Assembly (NCBI GenBank): GCA_965250085.1
Contig: OZ252287.1
Coordinates: 384,001 to 448,000, forward strand
DNA length: 64,000 bases
From: Candidatus Altimarinota bacterium
Lineage (GTDB): Bacteria; Patescibacteriota; Gracilibacteria; CAIRYL01
Direction of reading: 5' to 3'
Of the stretch, positions 1 to 10,402 are shown in pieces; within the stretch, counting starts at the first letter, position 1, and each line of letters starts with the position of its first letter. The position numbers and the translations under genes were made by a program. The notes below the pieces were generated by a model. That model was not told where the DNA came from. It saw only the letters and a list, made by a program, of their open reading frames with translations, and searched no databases.

Positions 1-1901
1 CGATCAGTCATTTCATCTATTTTGCCACGCTTGGAGTTGAGATTGCCCATCACATCTCCCATGTAGTCTTCTGGAGTCACCACTTCTACCGCCATTATCG
101 GCTCAAGAAGTACTGGACTTGCTGTTTTTGCACCGTTTTGAAATGCAATAGATCCAGCGGCTTTAAATGAAAATTCTGAAGAATCCACATCATGATATGA
201 CCCGTCATACAGTTCTACCTTGATATCCACCATGGGATATCCAGCAACCACACCTTTTTGCATCGCCTCTTTTACCCCTTTGTCCACTGGACTAATAAAT
301 TCATTCGGAATTTTTCCCCCTTTAATAGTGCTTTCAAATTCGTATCCTTTGCCCGCTTCATTTGGCATGAGCTTCATGAGTACATGGCCATATTGTCCAC
401 GACCACCGGTTTGCTTGGAATACTTTTCTTCAACGTTTACCTCTTTTTGAATCGTTTCTCTATAGGCTACTTGAGGCTTTCCAATATTTGCTTCGACTTT
501 AAATTCACGCTTCATTCGATCCACGATGATGTCCAGATGCAATTCTCCCATTCCAGAAATAATGGTTTGAGCGGTTTCTTCATCAGTATACACACGAAAA
601 GTGGGGTCTTCCTCAGAGAGCTTTTGGAGTGAAAGTCCCATTTTTTCCTGATCAGCTTTTGTCTTTGGTTCAACGGCAATAGAAATCACTGGCTCAGGAA
701 AGGTCATCTCTTCTAAAGCGATTGGAGACCCTTCTACACAAAGCGTATCACCTGTACGAATATCTTTCATTCCGACAATAGCGCAAATTCCACCTGCTTG
801 AACCTCTTTGACTTCTTCACGACTATTGGCATGCATGATCACGAGTCGCCCTACACGTTCTTTGTTTCCAGAACGTGTATTGGAGATATATGAGCCCGAT
901 TCGAGCTTTCCAGAATACACTCGAAAAAAAGTAAGCTTTCCAATGAATGGATCGGTTGCAATCTTGAATGCCACTCCCGCCATTGGGTCATTTGCATCTG
1001 GTTTTCGAGTTTCTTCTTCATCTGTTTTTGGATTTTTTCCCGTAATTCCTCCCACATCTACAGGAGAAGGAAGATATGCTATTACGGCGTCCAAGACGAG
1101 TTGCACTCCTTTGTTCTGCAAGGCTGTTCCGCACATGACAAGATATGCTTCATTGGCAATTACGCTTGCCCGAAGTCCTTTTTTAATATCTTCTACACTG
1201 AGCTCTTCACCTCCAAGGTACTTCTCCATAATAGATTCTTCATGACTGGCTGCTGCTTCGATCATTTTTTCACGATATTCCTCTACTTTGCCTTCCATAT
1301 CGGCCGGAATATCTATCTCGACTATTTTTTCTCCCTGTGATCCTTCAAAGGTATAGGCTTTCTTTTCTACAAGGTCTACGACTCCTTTGAAGTCAGCCTC
1401 TGCTCCGATAGGCAACTGAATCGCTATTGCATTGGGTGACAGTCGCTCGTGGATAGAATTGAGTGACATATAAAAATCTGCCCCGGTCTTGTCCATCTTG
1501 TTTACAAATGCAATTCTCGGAACGCCATATTTATCGGCTTGTCTCCACACCGTCTCAGATTGAGGTTCTACTCCCTGTGATCCATCAAATACCGCAACCC
1601 CTCCATCGAGTACACGCAGAGAGCGCTCTACCTCTACGGTGAAGTCCACGTGACCAGGAGTATCAATAATATTGATATCAGTCCCCTTCCAGTTACAAAA
1701 TGTTGCAGCAGAAGTAATGGTGATTCCTCTTTCTTTTTCCTGTTCCATCCAGTCCATCTGCGACTCTCCATCATGTGTTTCCCCAATTTTATGGGTTCGT
1801 CCTGTGTAAAACAAAATACGTTCGGTCACTGTTGTTTTTCCCGCATCAATATGTGCGATAATTCCAATGTTTCGAAGTTTGGTAAGGTCTGCGTCTGCCA
1901 T
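1..1901 (-). CDS. fusA: Elongation factor G (3' end runs off the window; absent from the ORF track)
   Basis: Manual translation from ATG at 1901: [24 protein letters not shown]...ERGITI...DTPGHVDF...NKMD, the EF-G GTPase motifs. Confidence 0.97.
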   Translation of the reverse strand, partial: MADADLTKLRNIGIIAHIDAGKTTVTERILFYTGRTHKIGETHDGESQMDWMEQEKERGITITSAATFCNWKGTDINIIDTPGHVDFTVEVERSLRVLDGGVAVFDGSQGVEPQSETVWRQADKYGVPRIAFVNKMDKTGADFYMSLNSIHERLSPNAIAIQLPIGAEADFKGVVDLVEKKAYTFEGSQGEKIVEIDIPADMEGKVEEYREKMIEAAASHEESIMEKYLGGEELSVEDIKKGLRASVIANEAYLVMCGTALQNKGVQLVLDAVIAYLPSPVDVGGITGKNPKTDEEETRKPDANDPMAGVAFKIATDPFIGKLTFFRVYSGKLESGSYISNTRSGNKERVGRLVIMHANSREEVKEVQAGGICAIVGMKDIRTGDTLCVEGSPIALEEMTFPEPVISIAVEPKTKADQEKMGLSLQKLSEEDPTFRVYTDEETAQTIISGMGELHLDIIVDRMKREFKVEANIGKPQVAYRETIQKEVNVEEKYSKQTGGRGQYGHVLMKLMPNEAGKGYEFESTIKGGKIPNEFISPVDKGVKEAMQKGVVAGYPMVDIKVELYDGSYHDVDSSEFSFKAAGSIAFQNGAKTASPVLLEPIMAVEVVTPEDYMGDVMGNLNSKRGKIDEMTD

Positions 1902-1982
1902 AGAAAGAAAAAATGATCCTCAAAAAATTCCAGCAGATTGTACGCGAAAAGGGTTTTAGTGTCGAGAGAAATTTAAAGATTA

Positions 1983-2010
1983 TTCCTCCCTTGCAAAGGG
2001 AGGTGAGGTG
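1983..2010. repeat. CCCT-N-AGGG hairpin repeat (family A)
   Basis: cctcccttgcaaagggaggtgaggtg; same pattern as other family A copies. Confidence 0.6.
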
Positions 2011-2131
2011 ATCAATACGATGAGACAGGGGGGGATAAAAATTTGTATTTACAAAGTGACACACAGATAGTTTTTCTGACTTACTGGTTCACAGTTCCTT
2101 TTCAGTTTTCAGTCACAGGCCGCGCTCCCAC

Positions 2132-2878
2132 TTATTCTTCCGAATCTTCTGTAAAACCTAAAAACTTCAAAAGATTTGCTTTAGTTTCATCATCCAATTT
2201 AATAGCCAGTATTTCATCTTTTGTTGGAAGTGAATCATTCTCTTTAAAGTGAGTTCTTAAAGCTTCCATACACAATATAATAAGTGATTTTTCAATTTTA
2301 GGTGTACCGAGTACAGGACCCGTATTATATCCCAATAGACACAAAAGGCTGTATTGATCACTCTCATTAAGCAGTGATGAGGTCAGTATGGCTTTCAACT
2401 CTGGCCAAGCATCGTTGTCCTCATACCAACCAACCAAGAAAGTCATTTCTCTTTCATCATTATGTTGATGTGACAAAAGCCTATAATTCAATGTTAAATA
2501 ATGAAACAATGGATGCTCTCCTGAGAGCTTGCTCGGATCGACACGAGAATTGAGCAACAAATTGATTTTCCATCGGGGTATTTTTAAACTTGTGTTTTCA
2601 AATAAAAATTTGATCATTTCCGGATTTGTATCTCCTTCTTTGCAATCTAAAATAATTTGTAATTTTTGAAGCACTGGTTCCACTTTTTCTTCCACTTTTT
2701 GAGCAATACTACTACCCACTATCTCATGAGCATCTGAATCAGAAATACTATTTTCTCTCAATATCTCCTCTGCTATACGCCTTACCTCAGTATCTAATCC
2801 AGAAAAATCAACAGTTATTTCTCCTGTAGCATGTCTTATTTTTACTAATTTTGAGTCGGTTTCTTGTGGAGTTGCCAT
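2132..2878 (-). CDS. Hypothetical protein (orphan, 248 aa)
   Basis: Long ORF with protein-like composition, no recognised motif. Confidence 0.7.
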   Translation of the reverse strand: MATPQETDSKLVKIRHATGEITVDFSGLDTEVRRIAEEILRENSISDSDAHEIVGSSIAQKVEEKVEPVLQKLQIILDCKEGDTNPEMIKFLFENTSLKIPRWKINLLLNSRVDPSKLSGEHPLFHYLTLNYRLLSHQHNDEREMTFLVGWYEDNDAWPELKAILTSSLLNESDQYSLLCLLGYNTGPVLGTPKIEKSLIILCMEALRTHFKENDSLPTKDEILAIKLDDETKANLLKFLGFTEDSEE

Positions 2879-2906
2879 ACTACCAGATGGTAAAGAATAA
2901 GATTGT

Positions 2907-2934
2907 ATTATAATGGGGGGAAAATAAAAAGCAA
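2907..2934 (-). promoter_or_regulatory. Putative sigma70 promoter TTGCTT-16-TATAAT
   Basis: Consensus -10 and near-consensus -35 just upstream of ORF 2132..2878. Confidence 0.45.
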
Positions 2935-2944
2935 CTTTTTTAAA

Positions 2945-3015
2945 GCCCCCTTGATAAAGGGGGTTGAGGGATTTATATTGTCACAAAACTTTCAACTTTT
3001 CACTTTCAACTTTTT
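2945..3015. repeat. Family A hairpin plus ACTTTC/ACTTTT tandem array
   Basis: cccccttgataaagggggttgagggattt followed by aactttcaacttttcactttcaactttt. Confidence 0.7.
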
Positions 3016-3036
3016 TATTCTGAGTAATATCGAAAA

Positions 3037-3696
3037 ATGACTCACAGAATCTGTATTCCCATCCGCGCCAATACTCTTTCCAATTTTCTGAAGAAAATTG
3101 GAGAGGCTTCAAGAAAAGCAGATATTTTAGAGCTTTGGCTCGATGGAATTGAGCACGAGCTTGATTGGGAGAAAATTTTTGCTCTTAAAAAAACCGAGTA
3201 TTTGCTCAATCTTAAAACAAAGAAGGAAAATGGGAGTTTTGTCGGCACACATGAGAAAAGATTTCAAATCGTATCGGAAGGAGTGCGATATGGAGCCAAA
3301 TATGTGGATCTGGACTACGAATTTCCTGAATTATTGATCAAAAAATTTATTCAAGAAAAAGGCAGTACAGAACTTATATTATCAGTACATTTTTTTCAAA
3401 AAACTCCGGATTTTCATGAACTCCTGAGCCTCGCTTATAAAATGAAAAATCAGGGGGCGGATATTATAAAAATTGCCACCATGGCAAACGAAGAACAGGA
3501 TGTGGACACTATTTTGAAACTCTCTGAGCAACTCAAGCATGATGATATCAGACATATCTCTCTTGCCATGGGAGAACTGGGCACGTCTTCACGCACTCAG
3601 ACTCATTCAGAAATAGTCTTTGCAGCACTGAATGAAAAAGAAAAGACTGCGCCAGGACAAATCACTATAGAGGGGCTCCTTCATTTGAGAAATTAG
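3037..3696 (+). CDS. aroD: Type I 3-dehydroquinate dehydratase (divergent)
   Basis: ELxLD, YVDLD, LSVHFF, ADIIKIA (Schiff-base Lys), AMGELG..SR, TAPGQ motifs. Confidence 0.85.
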   Translation: MTHRICIPIRANTLSNFLKKIGEASRKADILELWLDGIEHELDWEKIFALKKTEYLLNLKTKKENGSFVGTHEKRFQIVSEGVRYGAKYVDLDYEFPELLIKKFIQEKGSTELILSVHFFQKTPDFHELLSLAYKMKNQGADIIKIATMANEEQDVDTILKLSEQLKHDDIRHISLAMGELGTSSRTQTHSEIVFAALNEKEKTAPGQITIEGLLHLRN

Positions 3697-4327
3697 CTCT
3701 CAAAAATTCCTTCACCTCACCCATCGCTTTCCCTCGATGAGAAATCTGGTTTTTTTCTTCGGTGCTGAGCGCAGCGTATACTTTGTTTGATCCGTCGGCA
3801 CGAAAGACTGACGAAATAGGAATCCCAGGAAGGAGATCACACTCGGGTTCATCAAGAATCTCACCCCAAGTTTCTCCGCGAAACTGTTTTCTGCTTTCAA
3901 GACCTTCCCCCCAGATAATAGTCGGTACACATACAAATTTGGCACGCTTATTGCCTTCTTGTTTCATGCGCCTGAGAAAATAGGTCAACCACTCTTCATC
4001 ACTCGCATCTTCTCCTGCTCCCCAGCGCCTGGTATGGACCCCGAGTTCATTTTGCAAGGCTTCTACTTCAATACCAGAGTCTTCTCCCATGGTGATCATT
4101 CCTGTTTTTTTGTAGAAGTGCTCAGCTTTGATCAGTGAATTTGCTTCATATGTTTCACCATTTTCTTCTGTATCATTTTTATATCCTAAATCTGAAAGGG
4201 ACACAAAATCTATATCTTTGAGTTCTCCAAGTACCTCCATGATTTCGCGGTATTTCCCTTGATTGCCGGTAGCGATGAGGATGCGAGTTATAAAAAAGAA
4301 AGTAAAAAGTTTGTAAAGTGATTGCAA
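3665..4327 (-). CDS. rdgB: Non-canonical purine NTP pyrophosphatase (RdgB/HAM1); start uncertain
   Basis: ILIATGNQGKYRE, EENGETYEANS..KA, EDSGIEV, KNQISHRGKA motifs. Confidence 0.92.
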   Translation of the reverse strand: MQSLYKLFTFFFITRILIATGNQGKYREIMEVLGELKDIDFVSLSDLGYKNDTEENGETYEANSLIKAEHFYKKTGMITMGEDSGIEVEALQNELGVHTRRWGAGEDASDEEWLTYFLRRMKQEGNKRAKFVCVPTIIWGEGLESRKQFRGETWGEILDEPECDLLPGIPISSVFRADGSNKVYAALSTEEKNQISHRGKAMGEVKEFLRANFSNEGAPL

Positions 4328-4400
4328 AGTAATCAGTTGTAAAGTTGTCAGTTGTCAGTAATTACAACTGACTACTGACTCACTTACTCCTGACAACTTC
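4295..4400. repeat. Short tandem repeat arrays (AAAGT-type, and CAGTTGT/ACAACTG inverted pair)
   Basis: aaagtaaaaagtttgtaaagtg...cagttgtaaagttgtcagttgtcagt | acaactgactactgact. Confidence 0.75.
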
Positions 4401-4404
4401 ATTC

Positions 4405-5412
4405 TTATCCATATTGCTCCTTCCGAAACTCCTCTGACTTGTCCGCACATCCCTTCACCCAGTCTTGGTTTTGTTTATACCACTCTATCGTTCCATCTAT
4501 CCACACTTCAAATGGATGTTCTGGTTCCCATCCCAGTTCATTGTGTATCTTATCTGGATTCATCGCGTATCGGCGATCATGTGCCAGACGATCTTCTACA
4601 AATGTAATAAGACTTTTTGGTTTTTTGAGTTTTTCGAGCAGTATTTCCGTAATCTCCAGGTTTGTTTTTTCATTATGTCCGCCAATGTTGTAGATCTCCC
4701 CCGGAGTCCCCTTGTGGAGTACGAGGTCAATTGCCCGACAGTGATCCTTGACATACAGCCAGTCTCGGACATTTTTGCCATCACCATAGAGCGGAAGTGA
4801 CTCATCATTGATCGCTCGGAAGAGAAAAAATGGAATGAGCTTTTCCGGATATTGATACGGACCATAGTTGTTGGTGCACCGGGTGATCATCACCGGGATG
4901 TTATACGTCTCAAAATATGACCGGACAAAGATATCAGCCGCCGCCTTGGAGGCTGCATATGGGCAGTTGGGCTCCAACGCGGTGTTTTCCATAAAATACG
5001 TATCTACAGTATCTCCTAAGTCTCCATAGACCTCATCTGTAGATATCTGCAGATATCTTTTGACTTCATATTTTTTGACACATTCCAGCAGGTTATGAGT
5101 CCCCATGACATTGGTTTCCAAAAATATTCGTGGACCAATGATAGATCTGTCCACATGCGTCTCTGCCGCAAAATTGACCACCATATCTGGCTGGAAGTTC
5201 TCAAATACTTCTTCCAGTTTTTTTGCATCTGCAATATCTCCCTGGATAAATTCTATTTTGTCTTCGGCAGACTTCAAATTCTCCAAATTTCCCGCATATG
5301 TCAGCGCATCATAGACCAGAATTGTATAATCCGGATATTTCTCTACAATGTGATGCACAAAATTGGATCCGATAAATCCTGCACCGCCAGCGATAAGAAG
5401 TTTGTGGGACAT
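4405..5412 (-). CDS. rfbB: dTDP-glucose 4,6-dehydratase
   Basis: GGAGFIGSNF, AAETHVDRSI, STDEVYG, YAASK, NNYGPYQYPEKLIP, HDRRYA. Confidence 0.96.
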   Translation of the reverse strand: MSHKLLIAGGAGFIGSNFVHHIVEKYPDYTILVYDALTYAGNLENLKSAEDKIEFIQGDIADAKKLEEVFENFQPDMVVNFAAETHVDRSIIGPRIFLETNVMGTHNLLECVKKYEVKRYLQISTDEVYGDLGDTVDTYFMENTALEPNCPYAASKAAADIFVRSYFETYNIPVMITRCTNNYGPYQYPEKLIPFFLFRAINDESLPLYGDGKNVRDWLYVKDHCRAIDLVLHKGTPGEIYNIGGHNEKTNLEITEILLEKLKKPKSLITFVEDRLAHDRRYAMNPDKIHNELGWEPEHPFEVWIDGTIEWYKQNQDWVKGCADKSEEFRKEQYG

Positions 5413-5422
5413 AAGCTACTTT

Positions 5423-5540
5423 CTTCCCCCTTGAAAAGGGGGATAAGAGGGGGGGGTATTGTATTTGGTTTTTCTGAAGAAGAGACAAACAATTTCTGTA
5501 TAATTCTAAACCCACCCAACCTCCCTTTTCAAGGGAGGAG
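5423..5540. repeat. Two family A hairpins in inverted orientation
   Basis: tcccccttgaaaagggggataagagggggg (5425) and cccacccaacctcccttttcaagggagg (5511). Confidence 0.75.
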
Positions 5541-5582
5541 TGAAGTGATGATACGGGTGTTTTTATTTACGGAAAAGAGGTT

Positions 5583-6260
5583 TTAACTCAACACTGGAAG
5601 TAGGTCCTGCCTCCTTTCTTGATTTGGAGTTTGTAATTGTTCGCCAAAGTACTCTTCTAGTGCCGTCAGTAGCAACTCTCTTAATCGTTCTACAGGTTCG
5701 GTAACGGCTTCTTGCATGGTACGTAAAAATGCTTTTTGTGCATAAGGATCAGATCGGAGTGTTTCGAGACCATTTTCATCACCAAAACGGGATATGTTAC
5801 GCATTGCTCTTCTCGTCGCATTTGTCACCCAACTTCTACATAGTTCAGGGTCACGTACAAAGCGAGCAGTGTGGTCAGACCAGTATATTTGTTCTCTTGA
5901 TTCCGCTAAATCACTCTTTCCCTTGTCCAGATCTGTTTCATCAATAATTCCCATTTTGTACAATATACAAGTGGCTTCTTGTAATACGTCAAGGCTAATG
6001 CCGTGGGTACAACCAATTCTCTTGTCCTGAATTTCTCGATTACACTGTGGAACATCTGGCGCTTCATGTGCATAAAGACAGGTACTGACGCGAATTTGCT
6101 CTATTGTTTGATAGAACTCACGAAGCGATACGTCTGCTAATTTTGGACATGATGTAAAAACGACCATCTTTTGAATAGGGTCTAATAATTCAAGTACAGG
6201 CGTATCTCGTGAAACATCGGTAGGACTTCTTTGAAGCATATGAAAATAGTTGATTTTCAA
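5583..6260 (-). CDS. Hypothetical protein (orphan)
   Basis: 225-aa ORF, no recognised motif. Confidence 0.65.
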   Translation of the reverse strand: MKINYFHMLQRSPTDVSRDTPVLELLDPIQKMVVFTSCPKLADVSLREFYQTIEQIRVSTCLYAHEAPDVPQCNREIQDKRIGCTHGISLDVLQEATCILYKMGIIDETDLDKGKSDLAESREQIYWSDHTARFVRDPELCRSWVTNATRRAMRNISRFGDENGLETLRSDPYAQKAFLRTMQEAVTEPVERLRELLLTALEEYFGEQLQTPNQERRQDLLPVLS

Positions 6261-6336
6261 TGTGAATAATAAACTTTACTTTATATTTGTCAAATAGAAA
6301 CTCTTTTGCTTTTTCTTTACAATACAAAGGAAACAC

Positions 6337-8583
6337 ATGTTTATTGATGTTATTCCTCATCGGCCGCTTGGTTTTGGCACGGGGGTGCTCACATTTTCTG
6401 TGCCCAAAAAACTGGAACAAAAAATAGCAGTGGGGCAAGTGGTAGAAATTCCTCTTCGAGGACAACGAACAAAAGGAATAATAGTGCAAATCGTGAAACA
6501 AAAACCAGAGTTTGAAACGCTGGATATTGGTAAGATGCTCACTTCACCACTCCTTGATAAGCCGCATATAGATTTTGTTAAAAGTATGTCTGAATACAAT
6601 TTTTGTTCATATTCAAAAACTCTTTCTCTTTTGATTCCTCAAAAGCTTTGGAAATCTGATGGACTGCCTCCAAAAGAGAGTTTTGTGGAGTTAATAAACC
6701 CCCCTCAATCCCCCCTTATTAAGGGGGGAAGTAAATTGCGTGGCAAAAAACAAAAGCTGGCACTTGAGATTCTTCAAAAAAATAAAGGGAAAATGAAAGA
6801 ATCGGACCTAAGAGAGGAAGGAATCTCTCTTGCAGTGATCAAAGTACTTATTGAAAAAGGAATCTTAAAAAGAACTCTTCAAAAAACTGGAAATTGGCCT
6901 GCCCTGAGCTTGCCGAATGGGAAATTAGAAATTGGAAATTCAAAACTCCCCCCACTCACCTCTGGACAAACCTCTGCCTTCAAACAATTACAATCACCCA
7001 AAAAGTCCCTCCTTTTTGGTCCTGCCGGATCAGGAAAAACCTTCCTTGCACTCCATCATATTTTACAAACCGTTTCGCAGGGAAAAACAGCTCTTTTTCT
7101 TATGCCAGAGCAATTTGCCAGCACTGGATTTGCGAAAACATTTTTTAAATATTTTCCGAGAGAAATTGCAGATTGGTATCACTCTCGTCTCTCTGAAGGA
7201 GAAAAGGTGAAGATTTGGTGGCGTATCAGAGAAGGACACAGCAGGGTTGTTTTTGGGACACGCTCCTCACTTTTTCTTCCGTTTCAAAACTTGGGACTCA
7301 TCGTCGTGGACGAAGAGCATGAGACCTCATACAAAAGTGATCAGATGCCCCGATATCACGCTCGAAAAGCATCGGAAATACTCGCTGATATCCACGGCTC
7401 AAAACTTATCCTTCAAAGCTCTACTCCAAGTTTTGAAAGCTATCATAGAGCGCAAAGTGGAGAAATCGACTTGGTTGAGTTAAAAAATATCTTTAACAAA
7501 ATCAATCAGTCGTCAGGAGTTGGTAGTCGAAAAAAAAATCAAAATTCAAAATTCAAAATTCAAAATTTGCATATCGTTGATCTGAGAAGTGAGCTCGCCT
7601 CAAAAAATCTATCTCCATTTTCCCATCTTTTACAAAAAAAAATTGCAGAAAAACTCAAGAAAAAGAAACAGGTGCTCCTCTTCCTCAACCAACGAGGAAA
7701 ACATTCAGGTTTGGTCTGTCGACAATGCGGAAAGGCTATCCTTTGCATGCATTGTTTGGTAAAAAACACTCTTCACGAAGACAGAAGTGGAAAAGAGTTT
7801 CTTTTGTGTCATCACTGTGGACGAATAGAGCGTCCTCCAGCGCATTGCCCCCATTGTGATTCGACGATGCTCAAAGGGTTTGGTGTTGGCACGCAAGAAA
7901 TTGAACAAGAAGCAAAAAGGCTCTTTCCAGAAGCAAAAGTTCTCAGAGCTGACCGTGATGCCACCGCGAGAAAAACATCTGCTCAGGAAATTTTTGATAC
8001 ATTTGCTGATGGGAGTGCAGATATCCTTATTGGTACCCAGATCATCGGCAAAAGTATGCACCTTAAAAACGTAGAACTTGTCGGCATTATGCTTGCCGAT
8101 ACCTCTTTTCATCTTCCGGATTTTAGATCTTCTGAATATGCTTTTCAGCTCCTGCAACAAGTCTCTGGGCGCATTGCGAGCTCTGGAGGAGAAGTAGTGC
8201 TCCAGACATATCTTTCTGAACATCCTGCCGTGCGGTTTTGCGCCCAAAATGATTTTGAAGGATTTTATGCTTCTGAGATTGAAGAGCGAAAAGCATTACG
8301 ACTTCCGCCATATATGCAGATGATACGACTAATCTTTGTCGACAGAATAGAAAAAAAAGCTGATCAAAAATCGAAAAAATACTACAAGATGTTCACACAA
8401 AAAGCTGAGAAACTTTTTTCCGATGAAAAAATACAAATTGCGCTTGCTCCGGCTCTGCACAAGAAAAAACATGGCAAATATCACTACCATGTCTTCATTA
8501 CTGGAATGCATCCTGCCAAGCTCTTAGAAGGAGAGAACTTGAGTGGAATCAGGATAGACAGAAACCCCATTCAAAGCTTTTAG
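6337..8583 (+). CDS. priA: Primosomal protein N' (PriA)
   Basis: 3'-binding N-terminus, GxxGSGKT, VDEEHE.SYK, two CxxC zinc pairs, G.GTQ.IE, helicase C-terminal motifs. Confidence 0.95.
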   Translation: MFIDVIPHRPLGFGTGVLTFSVPKKLEQKIAVGQVVEIPLRGQRTKGIIVQIVKQKPEFETLDIGKMLTSPLLDKPHIDFVKSMSEYNFCSYSKTLSLLIPQKLWKSDGLPPKESFVELINPPQSPLIKGGSKLRGKKQKLALEILQKNKGKMKESDLREEGISLAVIKVLIEKGILKRTLQKTGNWPALSLPNGKLEIGNSKLPPLTSGQTSAFKQLQSPKKSLLFGPAGSGKTFLALHHILQTVSQGKTALFLMPEQFASTGFAKTFFKYFPREIADWYHSRLSEGEKVKIWWRIREGHSRVVFGTRSSLFLPFQNLGLIVVDEEHETSYKSDQMPRYHARKASEILADIHGSKLILQSSTPSFESYHRAQSGEIDLVELKNIFNKINQSSGVGSRKKNQNSKFKIQNLHIVDLRSELASKNLSPFSHLLQKKIAEKLKKKKQVLLFLNQRGKHSGLVCRQCGKAILCMHCLVKNTLHEDRSGKEFLLCHHCGRIERPPAHCPHCDSTMLKGFGVGTQEIEQEAKRLFPEAKVLRADRDATARKTSAQEIFDTFADGSADILIGTQIIGKSMHLKNVELVGIMLADTSFHLPDFRSSEYAFQLLQQVSGRIASSGGEVVLQTYLSEHPAVRFCAQNDFEGFYASEIEERKALRLPPYMQMIRLIFVDRIEKKADQKSKKYYKMFTQKAEKLFSDEKIQIALAPALHKKKHGKYHYHVFITGMHPAKLLEGENLSGIRIDRNPIQSF

Positions 8584-8635
8584 ACCTTGTAAATTACAAA
8601 ATTATTAAAGTAAGCTTGACAAAAGTGATATTTTT

Positions 8636-9643
8636 ATGAAATATAAGAATAAATTTAAGGATGGCATGGCACTTCTGGAGGATTTGCAATCGGCTGTTCG
8701 CTATGATCAAGAGACACACGGTCCCGAATTTGATCGTGGGAGCAAGTTTGCCAAATTTAATCGCTGCACAAACCTTGAGAAATGGGTGGAGCACTATCTT
8801 GCCATATCACCGGAAAAGTCTCTTGAGGAAGCAGGATTAAAAATTACTTTTCACAACATTCATCATTTACAACCAGACTCAGAAGGCCTTTTGGTAGATG
8901 TTCTCAATGTTCTTTGGAATCTTTCTTCTCCAGATGAAATCAGGAAAGATGTTGCAAGAAAAATATGTCTTGTCATGAATCTTGTGAATTTTTCAAGTGC
9001 AGAGGAAATCATAAAACGCAAAACACAATCGAAAGACGATGATGGAGGACTTGTGGATCCTATACTACAAAGACTCTTTGCTATGCGAAATAAACTCACA
9101 AGACCAATTTTGAGAAGATTTGTAAGCGGGAGAAAAGATCTTGTCAACAGAGTGAGCGGTAACGAAATTATTAAACTGTTTGATTCTGCTTCAGAAATCA
9201 GACAGTTGAGATCGGATCTCAGAACATTTGCACAATTTTTACAAATCACAGATCTCGAAGATGTCCTCGCAAAGGTGGAGTTTCATGCTGGAGGTATTGG
9301 AGCAGAAAGCTTGAAAAAGATGCGAAAAATTGCAAATCAACATAAAAACGTATCGAGACGGCCGGAATATCGGAAACATAGAATCCAAGCCAGAACAATA
9401 GATTCTCTCGGACAAGAACAGATCAGAGAGCAATTAAAACAATTAGAAATTCCCATCACTCAAATGATTAACACGTTGACACCAGTAAGAGATGGTGGAG
9501 TGTCTCTCACACCACCTGAAACGGAAGAAATAGAAAGTATTCTTACAGCACTTAATCAAAATCTGACCCCATTTATTGAGGAACAAAGGAGCTCATGGAG
9601 CCGACAATTGAATCTCTTTGATGAGGAGCTCTCTGTAGCATAA
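8636..9643 (+). CDS. Hypothetical protein (orphan, 335 aa)
   Basis: Long helical-looking ORF, no recognised motif. Confidence 0.7.
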   Translation: MKYKNKFKDGMALLEDLQSAVRYDQETHGPEFDRGSKFAKFNRCTNLEKWVEHYLAISPEKSLEEAGLKITFHNIHHLQPDSEGLLVDVLNVLWNLSSPDEIRKDVARKICLVMNLVNFSSAEEIIKRKTQSKDDDGGLVDPILQRLFAMRNKLTRPILRRFVSGRKDLVNRVSGNEIIKLFDSASEIRQLRSDLRTFAQFLQITDLEDVLAKVEFHAGGIGAESLKKMRKIANQHKNVSRRPEYRKHRIQARTIDSLGQEQIREQLKQLEIPITQMINTLTPVRDGGVSLTPPETEEIESILTALNQNLTPFIEEQRSSWSRQLNLFDEELSVA

Positions 9644-9646
9644 TTT

Positions 9647-10402
9647 TTATACTGTCAGTATTTCATATCCATTTTCTGTTACGAGCACGGTATGCTCCCA
9701 TTGTGCAGAGAATGCGCTATCCTTGGTGCGCACCGTCCATGTGTCATGTGCGTCAACAATGACTTCAGAGCTTTGAGACGCGTTGATCATGGGCTCTATG
9801 GTAAATATCATGCCCGGCTCAAGCCGTGGGCCTGATGATCCCATATCGTAGTGGAGCACTTGAGGATCTTCGTGAAAACTCTTTCCAATGCCATGACCGG
9901 TATACTGCTGCACAATTCCGTACTCAAATTTGGATATATATTTTTGAATCGCCTTACCGATTTCATTGAGATACGCATAGGGCTTCACGACTTCTATACC
10001 CTTATAAAGAGCCTTTTGAGTACGTTCTACCAGAAGTTTTGCTTCTTCACTACATTTATCCACAAAAAACATACGCGAAGTATCTCCATGATATCCATCC
10101 CTGATCACGGTTACATCAATATTGAGAATATCTCCCTCTTTCAAAATATTGTTTTCTGACGGAATACCATGGCACACGACATCATTGAGAGAGGTGCAAA
10201 TACTCTTGGGAAACCCTCTGTAATGAAGGGGCGCGGGAATCATGCCACAGGAAACAATGTGCTCATGACATTTGGCATTAAGTTCTTCTGTAGAAACCCC
10301 TACTTGAACGAATGGAGTGATAAAATCCAAAATTTCTGAAGCGGCTTTGCCCGCGGATCTCATTTTTTGAATTTCATCTTTAGTTTTGATGATAATGCTC
10401 AT
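9647..10402 (-). CDS. map: Type I methionine aminopeptidase
   Basis: SICTS.NDVVCHGIP, DVT..DG.HGDTSR, GHGIG..FHE, FTIEPMI, AQWEHT. Confidence 0.97.
   Translation of the reverse strand: MSIIIKTKDEIQKMRSAGKAASEILDFITPFVQVGVSTEELNAKCHEHIVSCGMIPAPLHYRGFPKSICTSLNDVVCHGIPSENNILKEGDILNIDVTVIRDGYHGDTSRMFFVDKCSEEAKLLVERTQKALYKGIEVVKPYAYLNEIGKAIQKYISKFEYGIVQQYTGHGIGKSFHEDPQVLHYDMGSSGPRLEPGMIFTIEPMINASQSSEVIVDAHDTWTVRTKDSAFSAQWEHTVLVTENGYEILTV

Noticed and set aside
220-1916. Several plus-strand ORFs in the ORF track
   Set aside because: Antisense shadows of fusA; the same applies to most short overlapping ORFs across the window
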